Source of the DNA: Spirochaetia bacterium
Lineage (GTDB): Bacteria; Spirochaetota; Spirochaetia; DSM-2461
DNA: 64,000 bases
Direction: 5' to 3'
Assembly: GCA_963666985.2 (NCBI GenBank)
Contig: CAXXIA010000002.1
Location: forward strand, 2,080,001-2,144,000
Both the position numbers and the translations under genes were made by a program. The notes beneath the pieces are model-generated. The model was not told the DNA's origin. It searched no databases and worked only from the letters and a program-made list of their open reading frames with translations. Position 1 is the stretch's first letter. Every line of letters begins with the position of its first letter. This document shows positions 27,771 to 37,689 of this stretch, piece by piece.

Positions 27771-29003
27771 CTATGTTCCGGCGAATTCCTTCACCAGCCG
27801 GGCGAGTTCCCGGCCGCGGTTGTAACCTTCCTCGAGATTCTCCTTGGACGGAGCTCCCTGCCATTCCACCGGATCAATAAAATCCCATTTCGCTTTGGCC
27901 GTCAGTTCTTCCAATTCCTTTTGGGCGCCTCCCGACCATCCGAACGAACCGAAGCGGAAAGCTTTTTTGTTGCCGACTTTCTTGCGAAGAAGATCGTCGA
28001 TGACATGGGCCATGGGAGGAAACATCCTGTACTCGTAGGTGGGCATGCCCAGCACCAGACCCGCGGATTTCCAGGCGTCCGCCAGAATGAATCCCATGCC
28101 GGCCTTTGGAACCCGGTGAATATGAACAGGGACTTTTTCGCTGCGGATGCCCCGGACCACGGAGTTCAGCATTTCCGCGGTATTGCCGTACATGGAGCCG
28201 TATACAACGGTTATTTCGGGTTCCGCGGGCCCATTCATGTATCCGGCGTAGCGCAGATAATCGCCGATGATTTTTTCGGGTTCTTCACGCCAGATGATGC
28301 CGTGGGACGGCGCGATCATTTTGATGTCCAATTTCGCTTCGGTGAGTTTCTTTATGGCTCGTTCCACGAACGTTGAGAAACTCGCCACGATGTTCGCGTA
28401 ATAGCGAAGGGCTTCCCGTTCGTAGAATTCCAGCTGTTCCTGGGAACATTGGTCGTCGAAAACCGCTTCTTCCACGGAACCGTAAGAACCGAATCCGTCA
28501 CAGGAAAAGAGAATCCCATCACCCCCCAGCCAGCTCATCATGGTTTCCGGCCAGTGCACATTGGGCGTTTCAAAAAACGTGAGAACCTTGCCCAAGCCCA
28601 AATCGAGAGTTTCGCCGTCTTTGATTGCGTGAACGTTCTCCGTTATGCCGCAAAATTGTTCGATAAGCGGTACCGACTTTTTCGTGCAGTAGATGGCCGC
28701 GTTCTTGTTGAGCTCATGATAATTGCGCAGCCATCCGGTATGATCCGGTTCCATGTGATTAACGATGATAAAGTCGATTTTCGCCGGATCGAAGCCGCCT
28801 CCTTCCATCTGGTCGATAAGCTGCTTCGGAAAGTCGGCGATATCTTGAGTCAGGTCGATGACGGCGGTCTTCTCGCCCTTAATAAGGTATGAATTAATGG
28901 ATGTTCCGTCAGGGATGGGCCAGATGCCCTCGAAAAGATAATCGGGCTCGGTGATATTAACGCCCAAACGATAGACGCCGTCGGTCATTTTAGTCGCTTT
29001 CAT
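27771..29003 (-). CDS. fprA: Flavodiiron protein (A-type flavoprotein; O2/NO reductase)
   Basis: NHMEPDH, HWPETM, SCDGFG, PSHG, YGSMYGNT, FGSFGWSG. Confidence 0.93.
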   Translation of the reverse strand: MKATKMTDGVYRLGVNITEPDYLFEGIWPIPDGTSINSYLIKGEKTAVIDLTQDIADFPKQLIDQMEGGGFDPAKIDFIIVNHMEPDHTGWLRNYHELNKNAAIYCTKKSVPLIEQFCGITENVHAIKDGETLDLGLGKVLTFFETPNVHWPETMMSWLGGDGILFSCDGFGSYGSVEEAVFDDQCSQEQLEFYEREALRYYANIVASFSTFVERAIKKLTEAKLDIKMIAPSHGIIWREEPEKIIGDYLRYAGYMNGPAEPEITVVYGSMYGNTAEMLNSVVRGIRSEKVPVHIHRVPKAGMGFILADAWKSAGLVLGMPTYEYRMFPPMAHVIDDLLRKKVGNKKAFRFGSFGWSGGAQKELEELTAKAKWDFIDPVEWQGAPSKENLEEGYNRGRELARLVKEFAGT

Positions 29004-29285
29004 TTCGAATACCCCCCTGTAATATTACTTAATCTCTCGTCTATTTGGTAGGGAGGTCAAGAGCGGATACTCTTGAAATGAAACAACAAATTCGGCGGAA
29101 GTCGTTTTCTCGGACTTTTGCTTTATATTCAAAGGCAGAGGAATTATGACAAATCGGCGGCTTATAATGTTTGTAGGCTTAGATGTCCGAGCCCCGCATG
29201 GTAGGGTCTCTACCGGAGTCTTTCGGCGTTTTTTTAAGGTTGTAAAGCTCAAAATCACTCAATCCGAGATATAAAAGGAATCCGT

Positions 29286-31256
29286 ATGCGTTTATTGAAA
29301 ATTATTGTACCCGTCGCTTTATCGCTGTCTCTTGTTGTCGGCTGTGTTACAGACGGCAGCGGCGGCGGCCGGAAGAACATCGTTACAGTCGTCGAGGAAA
29401 CATGTTATGAAGTGGTTGTTCCGCGTGTCGAAGACGATCGGATTCAATACGAGAAGGATCTTCCCTGGGACAAAATCCCTTATCAGGTTCGCAACGATGA
29501 GTATTTGTCCATCGGAACGGCCTTCGCCGTCGCACCAGACCGTTTCATTACTGCGGCGCACGTATTGGCCCTTGAAGAGAATTCTCTTTTTTATCGGGAC
29601 TATTTCATACGGAACGCCCAAGGTGATGTTTATCCCATAACGGATCTGCTCCGTTTCCACTGCGAAAAGGATTTTGTTGAATTCACTGTCGGGGGATATA
29701 AGGCGGATTCTTACCTTGAATTCCGGGAAACTCCGTATATCGCCAATGAAACGGTTTATCAGGTGGGCAATATCTACGGACAGGGTCTTGTCGCCGTTCC
29801 CGGAACGATTCTCGGCGACATGGATGAAAATCGAAACGGTGAGTGGAAGTACATTAAGAGTTCTCCTCCCAACGACCGGGGATCCAGCGGCGGTCCCTTA
29901 ATTGATGCCGATATGAACGTGCTCGGAATCATCGATTTCAAAGACAATAATTTCTCCTACTCCCTGCCGGTAGGGGAAATCGAATCTTCTCCCGAAAAAA
30001 AGGGTTTCGTCGACAGCGAGCACGCCTATAAATTTTCCCTGCTGATCGGGGAAAAGAGCGACAAGGAAGCTTATTCCCGGGAACTTGATCTGCCTCTGGG
30101 GCTGCAGGAAGTGAAAGATTCCCTCAGCGGCGGATATATGGCGGACTATGAACGGAATATGACCGATTTCTTCTCCGCCGCCGGAGGCCTTTTTCCCGAA
30201 GGCCGAGGAAGCATGGAATCTCTTCAGAACGCCTCCACGTCCTCGGGAATTGAAGTTTTGTACCGGAATGAAGATGACCGCATTTGGTATTTCAGTTCGC
30301 TGGATAAAAATCACGGGCGTCTGGGTGACGACGGCTTAATCAGCTACAGCAATATCGACGGTATGGTGTATTTCGATATCGATCTTCCCAATAACGCATC
30401 GTACGAAGAATTCTACAGCTCCCCGAAATCCGTTATGGATACGCTGCTCGAAGGGATTTCCGTTACAAGAAATCTTGCCGGAGACGAGATACGGATAGAT
30501 TCTCTGGGCGATGCGTATCGTGAAGAGAATATTACGGACAAATACGGCCGGAAATGGCATATGGATACCTGGGGATTAACCTATTCGGATCAAGTCATCA
30601 TCATGATGTGGTCGGCGGTTCCCTACGGGGCTTCGGGTGTTCTCTGCTGTGTCCCCTCGTGTCAGCTGGATATGTGGTGCTACGACATGGGCGTTATCGC
30701 CGATCTTCTGTATGTCCCGTATTCGGCCACATTGGAAGAATGGTCCGGATATCTGAATCATCCCGAATCGTCCTACGGACCCTATGCCGACATGTCGCTG
30801 GATTATGTTCCCGACGGAGATTTCTCGGTAAAAAGCAAGGATTTTTCTCTTGAGTTTTCCTCCGATTTGCTGACGGTGGCCGACACGATGATGATGACCC
30901 TTACCAGGGATATCTACGAGGAAAACGGCGACTTCGTTTGGGGGCTGCGCAAGGTCAACATCAGCGAGTTCGATAAGTACAATTTCTTCGTTTCGTACCG
31001 ATACCTTAAGCCTTCTTCAAAACTTCCCGAGAGGTTCCAAAAGGAATGGAAGGATTTCATCACCGGCCGTCATCCGTATAATTCGTCCTCGTATGCTCTT
31101 GAAGGGCACACGAACATCGGAACGGTCAATCCTCAATTCGACAGTTCCGACGGCAGCGCCTTCTCTCTCTACCTGGGTTTGGAGGGAGATCACAGTCAGG
31201 AAGAAATGGAAGAGCGTTTGAACGTTCTTAAGAGCTCGCTGAATTTCCACTTTTAG
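29286..31256 (+). CDS. Lipoprotein with trypsin-like serine protease domain
   Basis: Lipobox LVVGC; GTAF, TAAHV (His), DF (Asp), GSSGGP (Ser); long unknown C-terminal region. Confidence 0.8.
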   Translation: MRLLKIIVPVALSLSLVVGCVTDGSGGGRKNIVTVVEETCYEVVVPRVEDDRIQYEKDLPWDKIPYQVRNDEYLSIGTAFAVAPDRFITAAHVLALEENSLFYRDYFIRNAQGDVYPITDLLRFHCEKDFVEFTVGGYKADSYLEFRETPYIANETVYQVGNIYGQGLVAVPGTILGDMDENRNGEWKYIKSSPPNDRGSSGGPLIDADMNVLGIIDFKDNNFSYSLPVGEIESSPEKKGFVDSEHAYKFSLLIGEKSDKEAYSRELDLPLGLQEVKDSLSGGYMADYERNMTDFFSAAGGLFPEGRGSMESLQNASTSSGIEVLYRNEDDRIWYFSSLDKNHGRLGDDGLISYSNIDGMVYFDIDLPNNASYEEFYSSPKSVMDTLLEGISVTRNLAGDEIRIDSLGDAYREENITDKYGRKWHMDTWGLTYSDQVIIMMWSAVPYGASGVLCCVPSCQLDMWCYDMGVIADLLYVPYSATLEEWSGYLNHPESSYGPYADMSLDYVPDGDFSVKSKDFSLEFSSDLLTVADTMMMTLTRDIYEENGDFVWGLRKVNISEFDKYNFFVSYRYLKPSSKLPERFQKEWKDFITGRHPYNSSSYALEGHTNIGTVNPQFDSSDGSAFSLYLGLEGDHSQEEMEERLNVLKSSLNFHF

Positions 31257-31290
31257 GGAATTGGCCGGTTTTTTGTTTTTGGGCACATTT

Positions 31291-31315
31291 TCCCCGCCGC
31301 TTGCAGCGGCGGGGA
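31291..31315. terminator. GC hairpin between convergent genes
   Basis: TCCCCGCCGCT-tgc-AGCGGCGGGGA. Confidence 0.55.
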
Positions 31316-31443
31316 TAACCGCGCTTTTCGGGGGTTCCGTCCGTCCGCTTCGCGGCCGAACCGCGTTGCCGCGCCCCTCCAATCGCTTGTGCGTTATCTG
31401 TCCGCCGGATTTCCTGAACGGCACTCACATCACCGTCCTTATT

Positions 31444-33057
31444 TTAGTAATTACAAAAAACCATCGTGCGGATCTCAACACTGCCTCCGGGTTCTCCCTC
31501 AATATCATAGGTTACAAGTTCACCGTTAAGGTCGATAAACTTGTGCTCATAAACAACCCAGTCGGAATTTTGCCATGTATCATTCCCGTCATAATCGTAG
31601 AGCACCGGCGCAATTCTAATGATGTCGTAGTTGGGAGGAGAAAAAATTATGTGAGTTGTTCTGCCGTTGGTGGAGAGTTCCTCCAGATCGTCATGGTCAT
31701 AAGTCGTACCGGAATAGCACGTGACGGGATCCGTGGTTTCACGGCGGCATGGATACGCCCAGGCGCTGTCTATGGCCCAGCAGGTGATAGTCCAGGAGAT
31801 TTCTCCGGGACGCTTCTCATACCAGACATCATCATCTCCATCCAGGGCAACGGTGAGGGAATCGACATAAATAAAGATTGGGTAATACGCCTCGATGGTA
31901 TCCGAAACCGTCGTGGAAACGTTTCCCACCGCGTCCCGATATTGGACGTTCACCGTCCGGATACCGGCGGTAAACGGCAGTTCGTGGCTTTGGGAATCGG
32001 AAACGGCAACCCAGGTATCGGTTTCACTCTCGTCGTTCCAGATATTCATGGAATACTCGCTCTTGATTCCCGAGATGTCGGCGTTATCGTTAAACCCGAG
32101 CCCCTCAAGTGTCACAGTGGTTTCCGCGGAGGGATTCTCCCAGCTGCCGGCGACGAAATGGATGCAATCGGTTCCTTCACGGTAATCTTCCTCATTTCCG
32201 CTGAAGACGTTATCGTACCAGTAATGGGCCCAGATGGTGTGCTGGTTTCCAACCGGTGCGGTTCGGTCTTGATAGGCACGGAAAGAAGCCCAGCTCACCA
32301 AACCCGTGCCGGTTTCCCGCACCACGATGGTAAGATCCTTCTCCCCGTCGTTTCCGTCGCAGTAAACCCCATCGCCCGGATGCCCGCTTATGTCGGTGGG
32401 CACGTCTATTTCGAAGGTGTAAACGCCGTCGTTTTCCATGGAAATGCCGACTTCCCGCCACAGCAGACCTTCACTCCAGTTCTCCGGCGGAGTGTAACCG
32501 GACGAAGAGCTCGGGGATTGGGCTTCGGTCAGATAAACTCCTGCAAGCTCCGTATCGCTGGCGATGCTGAAAGAGAGGCCTTCCAAATCCCGGAAATAAG
32601 GATTCTCACCATCGTAGACCATCCGGTCGGAGTCTTCCCAGTCCACCGAAAGAATGGGCGTTTCGGCTACAACAACGGCGCCGATATCGGTGATTTCCGA
32701 AGTACCGTCCAGCCGCGAGATTGTCAGCGTTACGTCGTAGGATCCGACTTCGAAGGTTTTGAGGGGATTTTGTTGAGCGGATGTGGTGCCGTCGCTGAAC
32801 TCCCAGAACCATGAGGTCGGTTTTCCCGCCGAGGTATCGTGGAAACGAAACTGATGGCTCGGAGTCCCCACCGCCATGTCCATCCATTCCCCGTTATTAT
32901 AGACCTGGACGGTGAAATCGGCGCTCAATTCGCCGTCCCGGGTACGCACCACGTCCACCTTCAGCTCATTGAGCAGCTGAGAGGGATTTTCGCAGGATAC
33001 CAGGAACAGCGCGGTAAATCCGAGAATCAAAGCCGGTAACGTTCTCATTCCATCCAT
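31444..33057 (-). CDS. PKD/Ig-like domain lipoprotein
   Basis: Lipobox FLVSC; PKD signature FHDTSAGKPTSWFWEFSDG..S.QQNP...GSYDVTLT; acidic beta-rich remainder. Confidence 0.75.
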   Translation of the reverse strand: MDGMRTLPALILGFTALFLVSCENPSQLLNELKVDVVRTRDGELSADFTVQVYNNGEWMDMAVGTPSHQFRFHDTSAGKPTSWFWEFSDGTTSAQQNPLKTFEVGSYDVTLTISRLDGTSEITDIGAVVVAETPILSVDWEDSDRMVYDGENPYFRDLEGLSFSIASDTELAGVYLTEAQSPSSSSGYTPPENWSEGLLWREVGISMENDGVYTFEIDVPTDISGHPGDGVYCDGNDGEKDLTIVVRETGTGLVSWASFRAYQDRTAPVGNQHTIWAHYWYDNVFSGNEEDYREGTDCIHFVAGSWENPSAETTVTLEGLGFNDNADISGIKSEYSMNIWNDESETDTWVAVSDSQSHELPFTAGIRTVNVQYRDAVGNVSTTVSDTIEAYYPIFIYVDSLTVALDGDDDVWYEKRPGEISWTITCWAIDSAWAYPCRRETTDPVTCYSGTTYDHDDLEELSTNGRTTHIIFSPPNYDIIRIAPVLYDYDGNDTWQNSDWVVYEHKFIDLNGELVTYDIEGEPGGSVEIRTMVFCNY

Positions 33058-35114
33058 TCAAGTTCTCCCTTCTCCTCCATCGAGGAGACGTTCGACGAGC
33101 GGGCCCCGTTCTCTTCCCGATCGGCGGCGGCGAGCTGTACTTCCGATGCCGTCTTCGGTTCGGATTCGGTTTCAGCGCGGGCCAGGGCGTCGGCAATGCG
33201 CGGGTCGTCCCTATCCAGAGCCCGGGCCTTCCCGTACCACTCGGCGGCTTTGTCCATGCGCCGGTTAACGAAGGCGAGGTTGCCCATGTTCATCAAAGCC
33301 GGCACGTAGGTGTCGGAACTTAAGGCGAGCGCTCGGCCGAACTCGGCCTCGGCTTCCCGATAACGCCCGTACCGGGCGAAGACGACGCCCCGGGAATTGA
33401 GGTATTTTACGGAACCCCGTCCGCCCGAGGAATCAAGAAGAGCCAGTCGGGCATCGACTTCATTCCCGGCGATCCGATTCAAATCATCCTTCCAGTAACC
33501 GAGCAGCACCTTGTCTTCCGGCGTTCTCAAGACGGAGGCTTCCCGAGCGACGGCCACGGACCTGTATTTCCGCCAGGCTTCGGAGAGGGGAAAGAACCCC
33601 AGGGCATTCCGGCCGGCGGCGTCCGCGACCTGATCCGCGGCGGAATCCCAGGCCTCGGCGAAACCCTTATCCCGGAGGGTTGTTTCCACCGGTATCCAGA
33701 CCGTCCCGTTTCGAATCAGGAGACGGGATTCGTCGGAGAATCTGCGGCCCGCGGCGGATTCTCCGATGCCGGTGTCGTAGGCCGGCAGTATGTGCCCCGG
33801 AACGGTAATCAGCGCCGAGGGAATCCCGGCGGCTTCCAGCAAAGAACAGAACAGAACGGTCAAATCGTCGCAGTCGCCGCCCCCGTATTCAAGGGTTTGG
33901 AACGGGAACTGGACAAAATCCACCTTGCCGGATTCGGTTCCCCGGAAGGGATTTTCAGGGTCCACGCGATAGGTGAACCTTTCGGATCGGAGCGCGCAGA
34001 ACAGCGCCGCCGCCTGAGCGGTCCGTTCATCGATTCCGGGAGCGGATTCACCGGATACGGCCCGGACGGCGGCGGTTGTGAAAGTCTGAACGGCGGCGTC
34101 TTTCGGAGTAACGAAGGCGGCGGCTTTTCGATCGTCGTCCCAGATCATGGCGTTCCGGTCCAGCACCGTTACGGTCAGCGGGAGTTCATCGCGGTACCTG
34201 TACCTGCCCTTTGTGTAGATGACCGACAGAACACCCGAAACATCGGTGGTTTCGGCAATCTCCAGGATTGAAGAGTTCATAAGGCCGTTTATATCCACAC
34301 GCATGGATTCTCCGGGCTCCAATGCCTCCGGAGATCCGCACTCAAACTCCGAATCCATGAACTGTGCGATCCGGAAAGAGACATCGATGTCCTTCAGGGC
34401 CTCGGTGTCGATATTGGCGAATAACGCTTCACCGAAGGAGTCGGTATTGTACGTGCCGTAGAAGGCCGGATAGATCGGATTAAGACTGAATTTCAGGAGG
34501 TCCACCCCTTCGTCGGGCTTCGGGGTTTTCAGGTCCATCAGATCGATCCGGATTTCATTCCAATGGCGGATCTCCTCGTCCCGTTTTTCCTGACCCGTGA
34601 GGGCATAACCCACGGTTAGGCCGAAAAAAAGGCTGCTGCAGAGCCCGGGAACATGTTCCCAGGTAGCCTGCATTCCCAAATCCCAATCGGAATGAATCAT
34701 GAATCGCGCGTCGAATCCCAAACCCAGATTCATCCCCCCGGAATTCGTGCCGCTGCCGGATCCCGAGAAGCCGTGGGCGTATCCGACGGTTCCGAATCCC
34801 CTAAGCGTAATCCGGGGAGTCGGGACATAGTAGCCGCCGACATGGGCGTTCACTTTGGCGAAATGCACACCGTAATCCGTTCCGGTGGTTATAAAGGAGT
34901 ACTGGAACGAACCTCCGGCCAGAAGGGGAACCCGATAGGGGAACAGCACATCGGCGTACAGAGTGGTTCCGAACCCGGAGTTGTACCATTCATTGCTCGA
35001 TCCGACGGGAACGGCCACTCCGGGAATTACATGAATAACCGCTTCGGAATCGCCCGCGAATATTCGGGAGGATAAAATAAACACCAGACATATACCGATT
35101 GCCGTTCGCTTCAT
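33045..35114 (-). CDS. Secreted protein: beta-barrel-like N-terminus, transglutaminase-like core, C-terminal TPRs
   Basis: Signal peptide; amphipathic beta strands; GDCDD...GHIL...WIPVETT; TPR-like YLNSRGVVFARYGRYREAEAEFGRAL. Confidence 0.7.
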   Translation of the reverse strand: MKRTAIGICLVFILSSRIFAGDSEAVIHVIPGVAVPVGSSNEWYNSGFGTTLYADVLFPYRVPLLAGGSFQYSFITTGTDYGVHFAKVNAHVGGYYVPTPRITLRGFGTVGYAHGFSGSGSGTNSGGMNLGLGFDARFMIHSDWDLGMQATWEHVPGLCSSLFFGLTVGYALTGQEKRDEEIRHWNEIRIDLMDLKTPKPDEGVDLLKFSLNPIYPAFYGTYNTDSFGEALFANIDTEALKDIDVSFRIAQFMDSEFECGSPEALEPGESMRVDINGLMNSSILEIAETTDVSGVLSVIYTKGRYRYRDELPLTVTVLDRNAMIWDDDRKAAAFVTPKDAAVQTFTTAAVRAVSGESAPGIDERTAQAAALFCALRSERFTYRVDPENPFRGTESGKVDFVQFPFQTLEYGGGDCDDLTVLFCSLLEAAGIPSALITVPGHILPAYDTGIGESAAGRRFSDESRLLIRNGTVWIPVETTLRDKGFAEAWDSAADQVADAAGRNALGFFPLSEAWRKYRSVAVAREASVLRTPEDKVLLGYWKDDLNRIAGNEVDARLALLDSSGGRGSVKYLNSRGVVFARYGRYREAEAEFGRALALSSDTYVPALMNMGNLAFVNRRMDKAAEWYGKARALDRDDPRIADALARAETESEPKTASEVQLAAADREENGARSSNVSSMEEKGELEWME

Positions 35115-35177
35115 AGAAAGTGATTCTATTACTGAAGAAGCATCGCATCGTCCTGATTTCCGAATTCAGGACGTCCT

Positions 35178-36269
35178 TTAAGTGCTTTTTCGAAAATCGG
35201 AAGGAGTTTTCCCCGTTTCTTTTATAAAGGCGGAGTTGAAGGCGGATTTTGAATTAAAGCCCACGGTAAAAGCGATATCCAGAATCGACATCTCGGGATT
35301 CTCGGCTAAAAGACGCTTAACCTCATCCACCCGATGCCGATTGATGAACGTGCGAAAACTCATGCCCATTTGGTCATGCAGAATCTGCGATAATTGGTGA
35401 TTCTGTATTCCCAGTTGAGTGCTCAAGCTTTGCAGGGAAAGACTCGAATCCCGGAAAATTTTATCAACCTCAATGGCTTTCCGCAGTTTCGATAGAATGC
35501 TCGAAACATCCGCTCCGCCCGCTGCCGAAGGCACCTTTTCCCTTCCGATTAAAGAACGAATCTGCTTCTGTGTGTACTCCGGAAACCGGTAGCTGAAGAG
35601 GAAGAAGTATATGCAGTCGATTCCGTTCACCAGAACCGCCGCTCCCAGGAGATTATCGCTTCGGAGTGTATGACCGAAAAAAAAGAGGATGAACGTGGAA
35701 AGACAGACGGAATAAAAAATGACGGTACCGCGGAAGTTCCTGCGAAATCGGCTGTCGCCGCTTTTGTAGATTTTTATGGCAAGCAGATCGCTGAGGGTTA
35801 CGTACAGGAAAAAATGGAGATCGGCCAGGGTGTTTAAAACCCTGACGGCGGGAACCTGGAAGTGGTCGGGATTCGGTCCGGGAAGTTCGGACACGGGGAG
35901 TGCGGTGTAAGGGCGAAACAGGATGAGGTAGCACAAAACGACCAGTACGGGCAGAAGCGGAAGAACAATCTTCATGCCTTTTGGGAAGGGCCGTCCGATT
36001 AGGTTCCGGGTATACTCAAGGATGAACGGTCCGGCCAAAAACGTCGGCACGATGTCGCTGTAAAGAAGCCAGGGAACCCTGCTCAGCCGGTTGAGCCGGT
36101 ACAAACCGTAGTAGAACCAGATGTATCCGACACAAAGGAACACGATGCTGAGAGAGAGATTGATTACGGTACTTCTTCGGGCCGTGAACTGGAGAGTTGC
36201 GAAAACGAACATAATGCCGCCTATGGCCAGAAAGATGTAAGTTGCGACTTGCTCCATATTAATTTCCAT
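35178..36269 (-). CDS. Membrane-anchored AraC family regulator
   Basis: About 7 hydrophobic segments, then HQLSQ...ILDIAFTVGFNSKSAFNSAF.KETG.TPS. Confidence 0.9.
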   Translation of the reverse strand: MEINMEQVATYIFLAIGGIMFVFATLQFTARRSTVINLSLSIVFLCVGYIWFYYGLYRLNRLSRVPWLLYSDIVPTFLAGPFILEYTRNLIGRPFPKGMKIVLPLLPVLVVLCYLILFRPYTALPVSELPGPNPDHFQVPAVRVLNTLADLHFFLYVTLSDLLAIKIYKSGDSRFRRNFRGTVIFYSVCLSTFILFFFGHTLRSDNLLGAAVLVNGIDCIYFFLFSYRFPEYTQKQIRSLIGREKVPSAAGGADVSSILSKLRKAIEVDKIFRDSSLSLQSLSTQLGIQNHQLSQILHDQMGMSFRTFINRHRVDEVKRLLAENPEMSILDIAFTVGFNSKSAFNSAFIKETGKTPSDFRKST

Positions 36270-36396
36270 ACTAACAAATGCTTGAAATTGTTGAAATAAA
36301 AATGAATGTAAAGAAACAATCGTAAAAGAATGAGACCAAAGAATTTGCCGGCTTGTGCCATGTTTTCAATGGTGTAAAGCCGGTAAGTGAGCCGGA

Positions 36397-36735
36397 TTAA
36401 AAGGTTCTTCCCTTCCAGCCCCACATTGAACCCGGAGGGCCGGCGAATTCAATGTAGACGCGGTCTTTCGGAATCGAGAGTTCGGATTCGCAGAAGGCGC
36501 AGATTGCACCGGAGAGAGCTCCTGTCCGTGCATCCGTGAGGCCGAGGCTTTTACAGATAACGAAAGCCGTCGGAGCGTCGGTGCCGCCGAAGGTCATTTC
36601 CGTCCGGGCGTCGAAGGCGGTCTGAATATAGGATTCGGGCTTGCCGAGAGCTTCGGCGGCGAGGGCGGAGAGTTTTTTCAAGACGCCGCTTTTATCGGCC
36701 ACATCCTGATTGGTCTGGATTTTCAGATAGGGCAT
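36397..36735 (-). CDS. MIF / phenylpyruvate tautomerase family protein
   Basis: N-terminal Pro (MPYLKIQTN), LGKPESY, RVYIEF, WGWKGRTF. Confidence 0.9.
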   Translation of the reverse strand: MPYLKIQTNQDVADKSGVLKKLSALAAEALGKPESYIQTAFDARTEMTFGGTDAPTAFVICKSLGLTDARTGALSGAICAFCESELSIPKDRVYIEFAGPPGSMWGWKGRTF

Positions 36736-36957
36736 GGTTACCTCCCGGAATGCGGATGCCGCGGCGGTTTCGGCCGAGGTTCCGACATATTGACTTTACA
36801 GTAAACGGAGGGGCCGGTTCCGTAAAGCGAAGTCGGCTGCGGCTCGAAGGATATAATTCGCCATATTCGGGCATGATGAGGCGTTCGGATTTGGCCGGGC
36901 GAGTTCCTAAAAACGGAAGAATCGGGGTGACTTCGCGGGGGTCATCCCCGAATCCTA

Positions 36958-37004
36958 TTGACATATGCACATAAACACGCAATTATTAAGTGTGCATATG
37001 CACA
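36958..37004 (+). promoter_or_regulatory. Promoter with duplicated palindromic operator upstream of DUF134 gene
   Basis: TTGACATATGCACA (36958-36971) and perfect palindrome TGTGCATATGCACA (36991-37004). Confidence 0.6.
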
Positions 37005-37016
37005 AAGAGGGGTTGG

Positions 37017-37361
37017 ATGCCGTATCGAAAGTGCCGTCAATGCCGACAGCTCGGCGGTAGAAGGGGTTTTAGGCCCATCGGTATTCCCGCGCATCTTTTG
37101 GAGCGGCAGGTTCTCGACCTGGACGAATTCGAGGCCTTGCGTTTGTGCGATTTGGAAGGCAAGCAGCAGGCCGAAGCCGGCGAGGTTATGGGCGTTTCGC
37201 GGGGAACCGTTCAGAGGCTGCTCGTGAAGGCCCGTTCCAAGGTTGTGGATGCTCTTCTTCATCAGAAAATTTTGATTCTGCTCGACGGTTATGAGCAGGA
37301 GATACAGGTAAACGAATCCATTCAGGAAGGAGAAAAGGATGTTGATTGCAATTCCAAGTAA
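37017..37361 (+). CDS. DUF134 / UPF0251 DNA-binding protein
   Basis: DEFEALRLCDLEG..Q.EAGEVMGVSRGTVQRLL..AR.KV.DAL; ATG 37017. Confidence 0.88.
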   Translation: MPYRKCRQCRQLGGRRGFRPIGIPAHLLERQVLDLDEFEALRLCDLEGKQQAEAGEVMGVSRGTVQRLLVKARSKVVDALLHQKILILLDGYEQEIQVNESIQEGEKDVDCNSK

Positions 37362-37689
37362 CGACGGTGTTAACGTAGAGGAACATTTCGGCCACTGCAG
37401 GCAGTTCCTGCTTATAAAGGTTGAGGACGGAAAAGAAGTTTCCAGGGAATCGGTTGATCCTCCGGAGCATGTTCCGGGAGCGTTCCCTGCGTTTCTGGCT
37501 GAAAAGGGCGCCGAGGTTATCATCACCGGCGGTATGGGCGGCCGGGCCGTGGGTTTGTTCCAGCAGAACGGCATCGATGTCATTCTGGGCGCCGCCGGTT
37601 CGGTTGACGCTAATCTGAGCGAGTTCCTGAAAGGTGATTTGGCTTCCACGGGCAGCATCTGCAATCAGCACGAAAGCGGCTGTCATTGA
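37339..37689 (+). CDS. NifB/NifX family metal-cluster-binding protein
   Basis: IAIP...EHFGHC..F, GGMGGRA, C-terminal His/Cys tail; AGGAG RBS. Confidence 0.88.
   Translation: MLIAIPSNDGVNVEEHFGHCRQFLLIKVEDGKEVSRESVDPPEHVPGAFPAFLAEKGAEVIITGGMGGRAVGLFQQNGIDVILGAAGSVDANLSEFLKGDLASTGSICNQHESGCH

Noticed and set aside
31261..32814. 517-aa plus-strand ORF
   Set aside because: Antisense to the PKD lipoprotein, which has a lipobox, domain signature and operon context
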